Positions 12,128 to 25,200 of a DNA stretch of 64,000 nucleotides are shown one piece after another. Position 1 is the first letter of the stretch. Each line of letters starts with the position of its first letter. Below the pieces are notes generated by a model. The model did not search any database. It was not told the origin of the DNA and was given only the letters and a program-made list of their open reading frames with translations. The stretch is taken from NCBI GenBank assembly GCA_964035545.1, contig OZ037771.1:13949133-14013132 (forward strand). Reading direction: 5' to 3'. Both the position numbers and the translations under genes were made by a program. This DNA is from Bugula neritina (lineage: Eukaryota > Animalia > Bryozoa).

Positions 12128-15100
12128 CAATACTAGCAGTATTGAACAGTCTATTATATCTAAGATGTAAGCCAATGACCTCTCCGAATTAATCAAGTTC
12201 ATTGATCTCTATCAACCAGGTCAAACACTGATAAAACTCCAGCATGATACTATAATACAACAGTTATACTGTAACTAGCTAGTTATCAATTGAATATAGT
12301 GAAAGTAGTAAACACACAGTGTGGGAATTACCTGCCCCAATGCTACTTGGTTATATATACAGTCCGTTACACTGTGTACTATGAAAGGTCTCTCCACTAC
12401 CACATCATCTGAAGGCTGCTTACGTATAAGTATTGCCATACACCTACAGTACAATGTAAGTGTAAATAACAGCAGATGTACACTGTACAGTACAATGTAC
12501 TGAAGTGTAAGTAACAACAGATATACATCGGTGTTTGCTACGCCACATCTGTGACAGGAAGTGATGAGAATATTATTATGTGGGAATGAATAAGCATAAA
12601 TAAGATTTGTAAAAAGCTTAAAAATAATATAATGGACAACCATATAGTTTAAAGGAAGAAGACAACTTTTTTATAGAAAAAGGTAATAGTTTCTAGAATG
12701 TAATCTGAAGAATAATATACTAACTAATAGAAAGAGTATGCTAGTTTATAGACAGTATACAACAGAGTGTGATATAGACTTGTAGAACACGGGAAATATT
12801 CTATAGACAGTATACAACAGAGTGTGATATAGATTTATAGAACACGGGAAATGGTGTATAGAAGCAGACGTACTTGTAACTAGCCTTGAGAAGTTCACTC
12901 TTGAATATGGTAGTGGGAAGGTCTTCTGGTAGGTCAATACTGAAGGGGTACATGTATGTTCCAACGTTGGTCTTTTCTTGCACTTTACGGCCTTTTTCTA
13001 CAAAGAGCAATATACCATAAAATACATTATACATGCCAAGTTATATCTCAGCAGAAATTGTTAGCACTGTACAATACAGCACAGGGCTGGTGGTTGTAAA
13101 ATACATGAACTGTGTTAAGTCTCTTACAATGCAGTAGAATAAGTCTTTAACTTTACTTTGAGTTGAGACTGTAGAGATGTTCTACATTGTCTCGTCCAAT
13201 GAAGATTTTAGTTGGAATGTTTCATACAATAATACATTCTCTCCGTTATAGAGAGAACAACTCTAAGATTGACTATAAATGATTTGGTAATATTATATAT
13301 TTTTTCGAAACATTTGGTGCCTTATAACACCAGCGTTGAAAAGTTACTTTACACTGAATGCCTGCAAAAGTGATATATTAGCATGTTCTACACTAATATA
13401 TAACTAATATATTACAACTATGATTACATATTTGTAGCAAACAACCAAGACTTGTTAGTCTACTAATACTAGCTATATCATTGTGAGCCATATACTACCA
13501 CTGTATCATAGAAGTGAGTCTTTATACATTGAGAAGTTTCTAGAAAAAAAAACACGCGGTTACTGTACTTAGAGAGCGACTTAACGTTGTCCAAATTCAT
13601 GTACATTAGTTGGCCAGTGATTAAAACCCTATTCGGAGCTAGTACTTCGCGAGATTTCCTGTGAACTCAGGTCAACAAGTGCTGCGAGGTAAAATTCATT
13701 AGTGACTAGTGGAATAGAATACACTGCAAATGATTTGAGTCGAAAATTACCATCATAATGGCTGCGGCTTTTGCTACAGAAATGTCTAGCACCCTACGAA
13801 TGTTAAACAAACCACAGCATGACATCAAGATTTTAAAGGTTAAATAAAGGTATTATCATCTTCTAAAAATACCACTCATCGGACATGATTGATTACTGCA
13901 GGTTTGGATGATTTGCAACTTGCAACAGCAGGCTTGTATGACGCTGAGTTGTAATAATTCGAGTCACATCACTGGTGATGTAAACCCGCAAAGCATGCTG
14001 GTATCAACAACTTTGACTACACGTTTTACATTGTCAACCCGTATGTTACCCCTGTGAGCTGGCTATTGCAGTAACTGCTAGACTATTTATGTGGTATCGG
14101 TTAGTAATAAATGAAGGGATGATTATATAGAGTGTAAAGACGACACCTAAAGCCTTCATGAAAAGAAAACTCACACCAGTTTATAGTCACTATCCCTGTG
14201 AGAAACCCTGATGGAAAGGTTTCTTTGCTAAATCGGGCTAAGGACTTATATATAGGGCACATATAGGGCACAGTAGCAATTATAACTGAATGCTCTTCCT
14301 AACATCACCAATGGCCTTTACTGGGGTTCAAACCCATGACTTCGTGTTTACTAGGCCAGTGCTCTAAAGCCTAGCTGCTCCCTGGCCTACAGTCCTTATG
14401 GCTGAAGGATAATTACATTAGTGTATTGCAACACATAAAAGTGCCTAGTAAGCAGTTACAAGCTAGAATACAGTAGTACAGTTAGTATAGTTGCACATTG
14501 CAGTCACTCCTACTAAGGACGCATGCATTACGACTGAGGTGTGGGCTAAGTGAAGACTTTTTCCTTTTATAAACTCAACCAAGCTATAGGTATTGTTGTT
14601 ATATAATACTTGATAATAAAAGGTGGAACATGCTGTGCTGTATATACTTAGAAAGTTGAGTTTAAAATAAAAAGGTATTTTGCTTTATAAAGCCTTGCTT
14701 GCTCTTGCGTGACTTTGTACGTGAAATGAGAATATTTTATGGCACCGATAACAGCAAACCACACACAACACTTACCTGGTCCATATAGAAGTTTATTAGA
14801 AGAGAGTAGATATGTAGATATAACACTCACCTGGTCCATATAGAAGTTTATTAGAAGAGAGTAGATATGTAGATATAACACTTACCTGGTCCATATAGAA
14901 GTTTATTAGAAGACAGTAGATATGTAGATATAACACTTACCTGGTCCATATAGAAGTTTATTAGAAGACAGTAGATATGTAGATATAGCACTCACCTGGT
15001 CCGTATAGAAGTTTATTAGAAGAGAGTAGATATGTAGATATAACACTCACCTGGTCCGTATAGAAGTTTATTAGAAGACAGCACCACTTTCTTTGTGTCT

Positions 15101-17427
15101 GAAACTCTCACGAAACCTTCTATGATGACACGAAGCCCTGAAATCACAAATAAGACTCTATACATGACATCCAGGTGTGAACTAGAGGTCGTGAACTGAT
15201 GCTAATCTGTGGACGCTGTCTCTCAGGGTGAGAGTTACTGTACTATCAGTACTATACTAGCTGTGAGTCATTCTAGAGGTGAGAGTTAATATACTATCAG
15301 TACTATACTACACTGACAGTCATTCTAGTGCTGCCAGTTACCATACTATCAGTACTATATACTAACTGTCAGTCATACTAGAGGTGAGAGTTACTATATA
15401 CTATCAGTACTAACTGATAAAGTGTGTGAAGATAGTCAGAAGTATTAACAGCTGATAGTATCAAGTTCAATGTATCACTGGTGGGGATATTATCTATTGT
15501 GTTTAACACGGTTTATTACATGTGTTACTACAGTACCGCAGTACTACAGTTTTACTGTAGTACTGTAAGACTATATGGGGAGTTACAGGGGGGATAACTT
15601 ACTGTATATGAGAAACTACAGGGGAGATAACTTACTGACTATGAGGAGTTACAGGGGAGATAACTTACTATGAGGAGTTACAGGGGAGATAACTTACTGA
15701 CTATGAGGAGTTACAGGGGAGATAACTTACTGACTATGGTGGTGGGTTTGAGGAGTTGGAGGTGGAGCACCCCGTTGAGTTGAGTTCCAGACCTGTAGAG
15801 TCCAGGCTGGGAGGAATCATCGTTGTCAAAGTTCACGTCTAACAGCCGGATCTACAGATAAGAGAGATATGAATGAAAACCAGCAGCAGAAAAGCTGGTA
15901 GTCACTGAGTGCAGTGACTGGGAATCTCGAGTTTGGACCTGGGGGTCTATACAGACACTTCACCTAGTGACCCCCAAATTTGTGTTGCATCTAGCCATTC
16001 CAATACAAACAGGGCAGAAAAGTGTACACAGAGCAGGGGGAATGTACACAGAGCAGGGGGAGTGTACACAGAGTAGGGGGAGTGTATACAGAGCAGGGGG
16101 AGTGTACACAGAGTAGGGGGAGTCTACACAGAGCAGGGGGGTGTAGAGAGAGCAGGGGAGAGTGTACACAGAGCAGGGGGAGTGTACACAGAGCAGGGGG
16201 AGTGTATACAGAGCAGGGGGAGTGTATACAGAGCGGTGGAGGGTGTACACAGAGCAGGGGGTAACAATGTGAGCTGACAGACACTGCTATAAACTAGAAG
16301 TGCTTATATATATTGCTCTTCATTATCACATGGTCAGGTTGAGTTCACTTCGTCTTCCCTGAATGCTGGTAGTAGTATTACTATTTACTCAGTATGATTG
16401 CCAACCCCCTGTCTCTATTCTATTATGGTAGGGACAGCAGTATAGGCTATAGGCTATACGTGGTAGACAACACTATAATGCTATTATACAGCTACATTGC
16501 TGCCAGCTTGTGATATTATTTCAAGACTAGATATCAAATTGCCTAATAACATTTCGATATCAACTAACCTAATAGATAAAAAAACTGCACAGCCAGAGGA
16601 AATCAATAGCTACATATTCTAACAGTTAACTTTGCGTTTACACTCGGGGGAAGTCATGGGGGTATTAGTGCATTGGCATTTTCCAGTGTAATTTCTGTTC
16701 TATTTCAGGTTACAGGGTAAAATATTAACACCAAGTGCGGATTTCATGGCTCATGTATCATCATCCCATGACAAAATGACAGGCTAAATAGACTTATGTA
16801 TCATTATTTTCCTATCATGATAGAGTAATAATAATTACTTGTACGGCTAAGTATTCGCAGTAGATGCACGTCACAGCCTACCAGTAAGTTACTAAACACT
16901 GGCCTGAGTTTGAATCACTATGAGTCATCCCGACTCAATATCACTATGAGTCATCCTGACTCAACATCACTGACCTTTTGTTATTCTCAATAAACAATAA
17001 GGTGTAGCAAACAGCAAGGGGCAGGAAACAGGCCATGTTGATGAATAGAAGTTAGCATTGCATTGTTACTAAACTATGCCATTATGTGAACAAAACAAGA
17101 AACAAATAAACTAACTATCTTGTATTGAAACAGGGTTTACACTGTGTTTCCATCACTTAAAATTATGCCAATGGATGCTTCAAAGAATGAACTCATGGTT
17201 GTGATTTCACTAAACACAACTCTTTATAAACACTGAAGCTTGAAAGTTTGGAACGGCAGAGATGGAGGTATAACTACAGAGTTAACAGGGTGTAATATTA
17301 TCAATGTGAAAATGTAGTTCAAAGGTCAAGGACTAACCTTTGGTAGCAGCCTGCCTTTAGTAACTCTGCCAACTCTACTGTAGCTCTGTCTGGTGCTGCC
17401 AGGGCTGCCAGGGTAGTCCTCCGCCAT
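8708..17427 (-). CDS. Alpha-arrestin (arrestin-domain-containing, ARRDC-like) protein, 9 exons, 411 aa
   Basis: Exons 17427-17338, 15851-15731, 15137-15051, 12997-12874, 12443-12332, 11170-11012, 10847-10644, 10045-9883, 8883-8708 join in frame (1236 nt). Arrestin-N motifs VNFD..Y.SG..LNGVLHLQL and GTYMYPFSIDLPEDLPTT; arrestin-C motif LPKTGFYLGQ...VEN; PY motifs in the tail. Confidence 0.9.
9051..9830. repeat. (TAG)n/(CAG) interrupted trinucleotide microsatellite, ~780 bp, in arrestin intron 8
   Basis: Seen directly; source of the spurious poly-Thr ORF. Confidence 0.97.
9883..10045 (-). CDS. Arrestin gene exon 8 (contains PPSY)
   Basis: VSFITQGVLSDSKTKSATFSITIAPPRTLSQYPPSY...; phase 0-1. 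Confidence 0.85.
10049..10612. repeat. 24-bp minisatellite (catagacatagagagaatattata), ~23 copies, filling arrestin intron 7
   Basis: Seen directly; yields the period-8 ORFs in three frames. Confidence 0.97.
10644..10847 (-). CDS. Arrestin gene exon 7
   Basis: TIVGHGALEFG...MEPTTKHDLIDIEYLAY; 204 nt; ttccag acceptor, GTGAGT donor. Confidence 0.85.
11012..11170 (-). CDS. Arrestin gene exon 6 (arrestin-C start)
   Basis: ACSEKTLQFNSLSALISLPKTGFYLGQKLVVGGVVENPTSSSRKVKVGIRVVR; 159 nt, phase 0-0. Confidence 0.9.
11965..12140. repeat. (TAG)n microsatellite
   Basis: Seen directly. Confidence 0.95.
12332..12443 (-). CDS. Arrestin gene exon 5
   Basis: KCMAILIRKQPSDDVVVERPFIVHSV...; phase 2-0; CAG|GTAATT donor. 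Confidence 0.85.
12748..12852. repeat. ~55-bp tandem duplication just inside arrestin intron 4
   Basis: tatagacagtatacaacagagtgtgatataga...aacacgggaaat present twice. Confidence 0.9.
12874..12997 (-). CDS. Arrestin gene exon 4 (EKGRKVQEKTNVGTYMYPFSIDLPEDLPTTIFKSELLKASY)
   Basis: Arrestin G-x-Y-x-YPF-x-x-x-LP-x-x-LP motif; splice sites in phase. Confidence 0.9.
14170..14382 (-). mobile_element. tRNA-Thr(AGT)-derived SINE copy 1
   Basis: Reverse strand reads ...actggcctAGTaaacacgaagtcatgGGTTTGAACCccag (anticodon loop plus B box), then a body shared with 44472-44657. Confidence 0.8.
14769..15080. repeat. 55-bp tandem repeat containing the 3' end of arrestin exon 3 plus its donor (6 donor copies)
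   Basis: Minus-strand GT at 15050, 14995, 14940, 14885, 14830, 14775. Confidence 0.95.
15051..15137 (-). CDS. Arrestin gene exon 3 (RLRVIIEGFVRVSDTKKVVLSSNKLLYGP)
   Basis: tttcag acceptor, CAG|GTGAGT donor, phase 1-1. Confidence 0.85.
15228..15412. repeat. ~52-bp degenerate tandem repeat, ~4 copies
   Basis: gagagtta...tactatcagtactatacta...gtcattctaga recurs. Confidence 0.8.
15575..15738. repeat. 33-bp tandem repeat containing the arrestin exon 2 donor (5 donor copies)
   Basis: Minus-strand GTAAGTTATC at 15730, 15697, 15668, 15635, 15602. Confidence 0.93.
15731..15851 (-). CDS. Arrestin gene exon 2 (IRLLDVNFDNDDSSQPGLYRSGTQLNGVLHLQLLKPTTIV)
   Basis: tgtag acceptor, GTAAGT donor, start of the arrestin-N domain. 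Confidence 0.85.
16021..16261. repeat. 20-bp minisatellite (agtgtacacagagcaggggg), ~12 copies
   Basis: Seen directly. Confidence 0.95.
17338..17427 (-). CDS. Arrestin gene exon 1 (MAEDYPGSPGSTRQSYSRVGRVTKGRLLPK)
   Basis: acaATGg start, 90 nt, AAG|GTTAGT donor, phase 0 matches exon 2. Confidence 0.7.
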
Positions 17428-17941
17428 TGTGCGCTATGTCAGCACCAGTGTGACAGCAAACAATTGGTAAGTAGTGGTTGTATTACAGCACACAGTACAC
17501 TTGTGTGGTAAAGCAGTAGTAGAAGTTACTACTCAATATATAGAGGTTAGTCTTTGCTGATTTAACTTCGATTCTCAACTATAGACTGTGGAAATCCACC
17601 AATGTGAGCCTGCATAACAAAAGTAAACAAATTGAGGTGAATAGGCAGTAAACAACATAAGGAAGTAAACACTAAACTTGGTTTACAAGGGCCGTGTTGT
17701 CACAAGCCCCTCTCCATACACAGTGAAGTGACTCGGGTTAAGTGAGATAACATGATTGAGATACGTGATTAACACTGAAATATGGTGTAAGATAAAATAA
17801 ATTATAGATATACTATGCAGGTAAAAAGTTTACATATCAGCAATAGTGGAGCTGAATAGTGCAAGTTGTATCACTCTCGTCTACCTGTGCACAGTGCAAC
17901 ATGTAGTACTGTTCTGTAGTGTTAATAGATTATAGTGTAGC

Positions 17942-20110
17942 TACATGTAAACTAGAGTATAGATACATGTAGACTAGAGTATAGATACATGTAAACTAGA
18001 GTATAGATACATGTAGACTAGAGTATAGATACATGTAGACTAGAGTATAGATACATGTAGACTAGAGTATAGATACATGTAGGCTAGAGTATAGATACAT
18101 GTAGACTAGAGTATAGATACATATAGACTAGAGTATAGATACATGTAGACTAGAGTGTAGATACATGTAGACTAGAGTATAGATACATGTAAACTAGAGT
18201 ATAGATACATGTAGACTAGAGTATAGATACATGTAAACTAGAGTATAGATACATGTAGACTAGAGTATAGATACATGTAGGCTAGAGTATAGATACATGT
18301 ACACTAGAGTATAGATACATGTAGGCTAGAGTATAGATACATGTAGACTAGAGTATAGATACATGTAGACTAGAGTATAGATACATGTAGACTATAGTGT
18401 AGATACATGTAGACTAGAGTATAGATACATGTAGACTATAGTATAGATACATGTAGACTAGAGTATAGATACATGTAGACTAGAGTATAGATACATGTAG
18501 ACTAGAGTATAGATACATGTAGACTAGAGTATAGATACATGTAAACTAGAGTATAGATACATGTAGACTAGAGTATAGATACATGTAGACTAGAGTATAG
18601 ATACATGTAGGCTAGAGTATAGATACATGTAGACTAGAGTATAGATACATATAGACTAGAGTATAGATACATGTAGACTAGAGTGTAGATACATGTAGAC
18701 TAGAGTATAGATACATGTAAACTAGAGTATAGATACATGTAGACTAGAGTATAGATACATGTAAACTAGAGTATAGATACATGTAGACTAGAGTATAGAT
18801 ACATGTAGGCTAGAGTATAGATACATGTACACTAGAGTATAGATACATGTAGGCTAGAGTATAGATACATGTAGACTAGAGTATAGATACATGTAGACTA
18901 GAGTATAGATACATGTAGACTATAGTGTAGATACATGTAGACTAGAGTATAGATACATGTAGACTATAGTATAGATACATGTAGACTAGAGTATAGATAC
19001 ATGTAGACTAGAGTATAGATACATGTAGACTAGAGTATAGATACATGTAGACTAGAGTATAGATACATGTAGGCTAGAGTATAGATACATGTAGACTAGA
19101 GTATAGATACATATAGACTAGAGTATAGATACATGTAGACTAGAGTGTAGATACATGTAGACTAGAGTATAGATACATGTAAACTAGAGTATAGATACAT
19201 GTAGACTAGAGTATAGATACATGTAAACTAGAGTATAGATACATGTAGACTAGAGTATAGATACATGTAGGCTAGAGTATAGATACATGTACACTAGAGT
19301 ATAGATACATGTAGGCTAGAGTATAGATACATGTAGACTAGAGTATAGATACATGTAGACTAGAGTATAGATACATGTAGACTATAGTGTAGATACATGT
19401 AGACTAGAGTATAGATACATGTAGACTATAGTATAGATACATGTAGACTAGAGTATAGATACATGTAGACTAGAGTATAGATACATGTAGACTAGAGTAT
19501 AGATACATGTAGACTAGAGTATAGATACATGTAAACTAGAGTATAGATACATGTAGACTAGAGTATAGATACATGTAGACTAGAGTATAGATACATGTAG
19601 GCTAGAGTATAGATACATGTAGACTAGAGTATAGATACATATAGACTAGAGTATAGATACATGTAGACTAGAGTGTAGATACATGTAGACTAGAGTATAG
19701 ATACATGTAAACTAGAGTATAGATACATGTAGACTAGAGTATAGATACATGTAAACTAGAGTATAGATACATGTAGACTAGAGTATAGATACATGTAGGC
19801 TAGAGTATAGATACATGTACACTAGAGTATAGATACATGTAGGCTAGAGTATAGATACATGTAGACTAGAGTATAGATACATGTAGACTAGAGTATAGAT
19901 ACATGTAGACTATAGTGTAGATACATGTAGACTAGAGTATAGATACATGTAGACTATAGTATAGATACATGTAGACTAGAGTATAGATACATGTAGACTA
20001 GAGTATAGATACATGTAGACTAGAGTATAGATACATGTAGACTAGAGTATAGATACATGTAGACTAGAGTATAGATACATGTAGGCTAGAGTATAGATAC
20101 ATGTAGACTA
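17942..20110. repeat. 22-bp satellite (tagagtatagatacatgtagac), ~98 units, with higher-order structure
   Basis: Seen directly; a diagnostic variant recurs at 528/462/528-bp spacing. Confidence 0.98.
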
Positions 20111-22284
20111 AGTTATAATAAACACATTTACAGCCTGCAAATGGAAGATTAATATAATTCCCTGTTAGATACATCTAAAATATTCCAAGTAAACTCATAA
20201 AGCTGCAAATACTAAGAATATGAACTCCCCTGGGGATAGCAACATTTACTACAGGATATAGTTTGAAGTGGGGAGGTATTGAATTATTGAAGGGAAATTA
20301 AAAACTGTAAGATTATCCCCATCACACACTCGACATAGACACAGTATGTAAAAGATTCCTCCATCCAATGAGTCTATGATGACAGCTCACAGCTGTTCCA
20401 CTCACCCAGTTGACATTTCATCACTTCCACAGACTAGTATAGATAATTGTTATAGAATAGACCTTTTAAATGATCATTATACTATAACGAGAGATTCTAA
20501 ACACCAACATGGCTGGGGAGGGAAGAGCTCAAACTTTTCTTTGCTAAAATTTCTCAATTTAATAATTAATTTGTCAGATGTTTGTAGAATCTGCTGATCC
20601 ACCCAAACCCTAAACTATGCTTTAGAAACTCAAACTAAGCAGATGTGAAATGTTTGATAAGTACTATTATTTCTACTGGTGCTAAGAAAGCGCCTAATAC
20701 TTAGTAATTGGCTATGTATATCTTCTATGAAACTGCAATAAATTCCCCAGCGTACTTGCAAGGTTATTTATTATATAACAAAATAACAGCTGAGCTGCAA
20801 GGTGAACTTCAATTACTTTTAGTACGGATATTTCCATGTTGCAGCCATTTTCTAAGACATATGGAAAGAGATACAAGATGGGGGAACAAGGTGGTATAAT
20901 ATTTCCATATACAGTGATTGCCTGACCAGGAAGTTTCATGTAAGTAAGCAATGATATCATCTAAGCTGAAATGTCAACACAGTATACTGACAAAGCTAGC
21001 CTATTGAGGGCTAACCATCCGATGTGAAAAAGCATGGAAAACACAATACATCTGAACTACCCACGTTGCTACTGATGCGAAAAACTGCTTTGAAAAGTTC
21101 AAATTGAGGCTATTTGCTGGGCTTTGATAAAGTAACGCACACTTTGACTAGTACAAAACTGCTTTCTAACTACAAGTAGCTTGTCTACTTTAGTAATTAG
21201 AATAATCATGTTGAATAGTGAGTAGACAGAGCATGGGCATGGGTGTGTACTCATATAGGATGACTAACAGCAGTAGTGAGTAGTTAGTACCCAATGGTTA
21301 ATTATTCAACATCAAAAATAAAATCAAAAGGTTACACAATACACACTGTTAGCTAATGACATGTTATGAAGTTTACTAAAATGATGTAAGCTGGCAGTTC
21401 AGAAAAGTTGAGCATTAGGTTTGCAGTAGATTTAATTGAATTGATAACAATTGTGCTGTACAGTATATTTTTAGAACTGAAAGTTAAACTAAAAGTAATC
21501 AGTTATCACATGTAATAACAATATAAACAATGCCTCAATATTGTATATTGAGAATGGATCAAAAGGTTATATAATTTTCATTGCAGGTGGCAAAATTGCA
21601 GGTGGCTAAATTAATATCAAATAAATAACATCAAGTACAGACCCAAAGGATCAATCAACTTGCACATATGCAAACTTTGACTTTAGGCTTATCTTGTGAA
21701 AAGCATGCTAAAGAATTTTAACTTATATAGCACTATAAGTTGAATAATTTTTATTATATAACATGATTAATAGCTAACAGGTAATAGACAAAGTACTACT
21801 AATACTAATAGCTATAGGTCATAGGTATTAGGGTTAGGTGCAGACTGAGACTATAAGTATAATATACTCATACTGACACTGCAGGTGCTGGTCAATGCCA
21901 TAGTGATAGTCACACTTGAAGTTGAAGAACGAGAAGCCTGATAGTAATAGTAATAGAGTAAGACATACTAATAGAGCATAGAATGATTTAAAAATAGTAA
22001 TACTAGTACTAACAGTAACAGTAACAATAAGACTAGGGTCAGGTATAAGATTTAGTATATTGATACCATAATTATAAATCAAAATATAAAGATTTACTTT
22101 TAGCTTTACTAATAGTAACAGCAATACCTGATCTTATACTATTAGTATTACTATTAGTATTGCTATATACTATATAGCCATAGGTGTAATGGTAATATTC
22201 AGGCTTATACCTGGTCCTGTGTCCTGTAGTGCTAGTTGTAAGGGAAAAGTTTCATAAAATTGAAGGCAGAAATGATGATTATAA

Positions 22285-25200
22285 ATATGTGACCTGGCAC
22301 CACAAAACAAGGGATGTATATAGAATGTTGAAAACTTAGTTATTACTATGGAGTGATAGAACAGACTTTTCCAAACATTTTGCACTTTATTTGAAGTCTC
22401 TAGCATAAATAGAACTCGAGATATTAGTATTTAAAAACTTTAACGTTTTTAGAATTTCTAAATTACTGTTTCGAGAAAATCGCATTTAAAGTTGGCAACT
22501 CTAGAATAAGTTGAGAATTATTTGTTTACAATTTACAAGCCTTAGCAACGGGTCTTTGTATAATAGGAATGGTGACAAATTTGGTACCAAAATAATTGTG
22601 AAAGTTTGGGCTTTCTGTTAAACTAAATTTCACGCTGCCTCAACATAAAACTAGGTCAAATATGGCCGCCAAACTTTTTGTCTAATTTATTTGTCAATTT
22701 GCTTTTTACTTTGTTTAATGATTGAAAGGTTTAACAATTCCAGCAAAGAAGAAGATGTTTCAGCAAGTTTGTGTGTTGAGATATTTAAATTAGGCATCCA
22801 AGTCAGCAGGAAGTCATGTAAAACAAAAGGGCAGCTGCTTCCTGTTATACATTGAATATCTTCCTCTCCTCTAATATATTGTGTAATATATCAAACTGCA
22901 GCTATTGAGCTGTGCTGTTTCATAGTTATTGCTTAATGAGTAGAACACTTAAAAGAAAATTATTTGACTATTATGAGATCATTCGAGATTCATTCATAAA
23001 TATCTTTATAATCTCTAACGGCAACTAAATTTAGCAATTGATGTTGAAAATATAAACATAAAATCAGCTATTAGAACGTTTGAGTTTTATTAAGCATTAA
23101 AATTCACATTTAAAAAATCAAATACATTATTCTAAAAAAACTAATTAAATGCAGTAAAAAATCCAGCCTGGATACAATCATTATGCTTGAATTAACTCTA
23201 ATCAAGAAAAGAAAATTAGGCAGCTTCTACGGTTTTTGCAAAAAAGGCACTTTTCATCTTTCTACTTCCTTGGTCTTCATAATATGAGTTTACGGAGTAT
23301 GGATACATAACATCATGTATGTGGCAGAAGCTTCATCACTATCATCAGCTGATTTTATAGCAATTATAGATGCTGCTACTTGACATCCATCCTGCCAATC
23401 TACCCATCTATTGTCTATTCCAGAGCTGCAAGTACAATGTTGACTTTTTTAAATAACAAAAGAAAACGGTAGCTTGATTAGAAACTATACGCAGTTATAT
23501 TATAAAAATTTAGTTGGTTAAACGCTCTTGTGGTACTACTATAGCAGCAGTTAGTTGTCATCCTGCATTTTATCAACATTTAAATTTATTGAATTAAACA
23601 GAACAATTTAAATTGAAAAAAATGTTGAAAATTTTCAAGCACATCATTAAAAGACTGCAAACCTTTTTATGAATGAAATAAGCAGAAGCCATAACCTTGC
23701 AAGCCAAAATTCAGAGTGTCTACATTAGAAGTGTTAGATTGATAGGTAGTAGAGTTGTGTAGGTATAAGTCTTCACTCTAATGCTCTCATAAGTCCACTT
23801 TCTAAAATGTATAGAATATCGGATTATTCTATATTAACATAGTATTATCAGTAAAATTACACATTATGCACTTGAATATCTAGCATATCTGCAATTGGCA
23901 ATTTTGAAGCAATGTCTTTCGATAACTATTAACCACTCAGGCATTTGATTGAGTAAAAAAGCTAGCTAAGTGCAACTGAATCTATTGAAGACATTTACTA
24001 TACAATCAATTTGAATTCAATAAATTACTTTAAAATATGAATAAATTTTTGCTCATCCTTTATAATAAAATTTAAAAGTTTAGACTATTTATGCATTCAG
24101 TTAGTGTTACTACTCACTAAATAAGACTAAAAGTAACTTACTGAAGAATTAAGTCAGTCAACTATAGAATCACCATGAACTGGCATTAATATTTCATCAT
24201 TATACTCATTTACATTTAATCACATTTACCATTTCAATTTGGTTATAGGTGATGCTTTTATCAATATAAATAGGATTATCAATTGAGTTTTGACAGTAAC
24301 TGTAAGCCTGCATAATGTGATCAAGATTTTATCATTATATTTTAAATCAAACTTTGAGCTAATTTAAAAATCACAAAAGGAACCGGTAGTTTGACTAGTA
24401 GGCCTAATGTTAATAGTAATAGTAACCAGTAACTGTATTGACAAAATCTAAGACAGAGGCTAAAAGTTACTAAGAGTAATTCCAATGTAAATTTAAATAT
24501 CAACTATAGAATAAATCAATAAATATAATACTATCACTATGAGTATCAAGTGCTTACGCTAATCTAATGGTCTAATGTGATTGCATCTTCAAGTAAGTCA
24601 AGTAAGTAAGGCGAAACTCAGAGTCAGACTCAAATAGTGAATTTAATTATTAATCATTACTTAAGTTATACTATTAATATTAATGAGCTACATTTGGTTT
24701 TACTGCCAAATACCAGTATCAGTAAATCATGAATGATATTCATTATGATTAACATTATGAGTAACCGTACCTCAAACTGTGAGTCATAGTGAGAGTCATT
24801 TAAATAGTTACTACTACTAGTAATAAGTAGTATAGAATAGACATACTCCTAGTGATATTATCAGTATGAATAACTACAAATAATCCTGGCAACAATTCTA
24901 AGTTAGTTGCGTAAATGATGGTTTTGAGTATAATTACCTGTATTGTTGTGATTTTCAAGCTTGAACGCTAAAGATAAAGATTAAGTTTAGCATTTATCAC
25001 CAAAGGGCAAAACAGCTCAGTAACTTAAAAGCTAACTTTGGATGGAGCACGGTGAAAAACTAAAGCTAGCCTTCGATTTTAAATACGATGCTTCTGACAA
25101 TGCGAAGAAAGAGGTGTAAGCTGAATTCATTTGATAAAAAGAAAATTTGCAAGATCTCACGCTATGAAAATGACTAAAATTGTCTTCTTTCTTTACTTGA

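Noticed and set aside
15960-15997. Alternative arrestin start exon (MARCNTNLGVT)
   Set aside because: Weak donor in phase 2, incompatible with the phase-0 acceptor of exon 2; the 17427 exon fits.
23240-23800. Exon-like minus-strand segments inside the TIR remnant
   Set aside because: Stops in all frames and no recognisable transposase motif.
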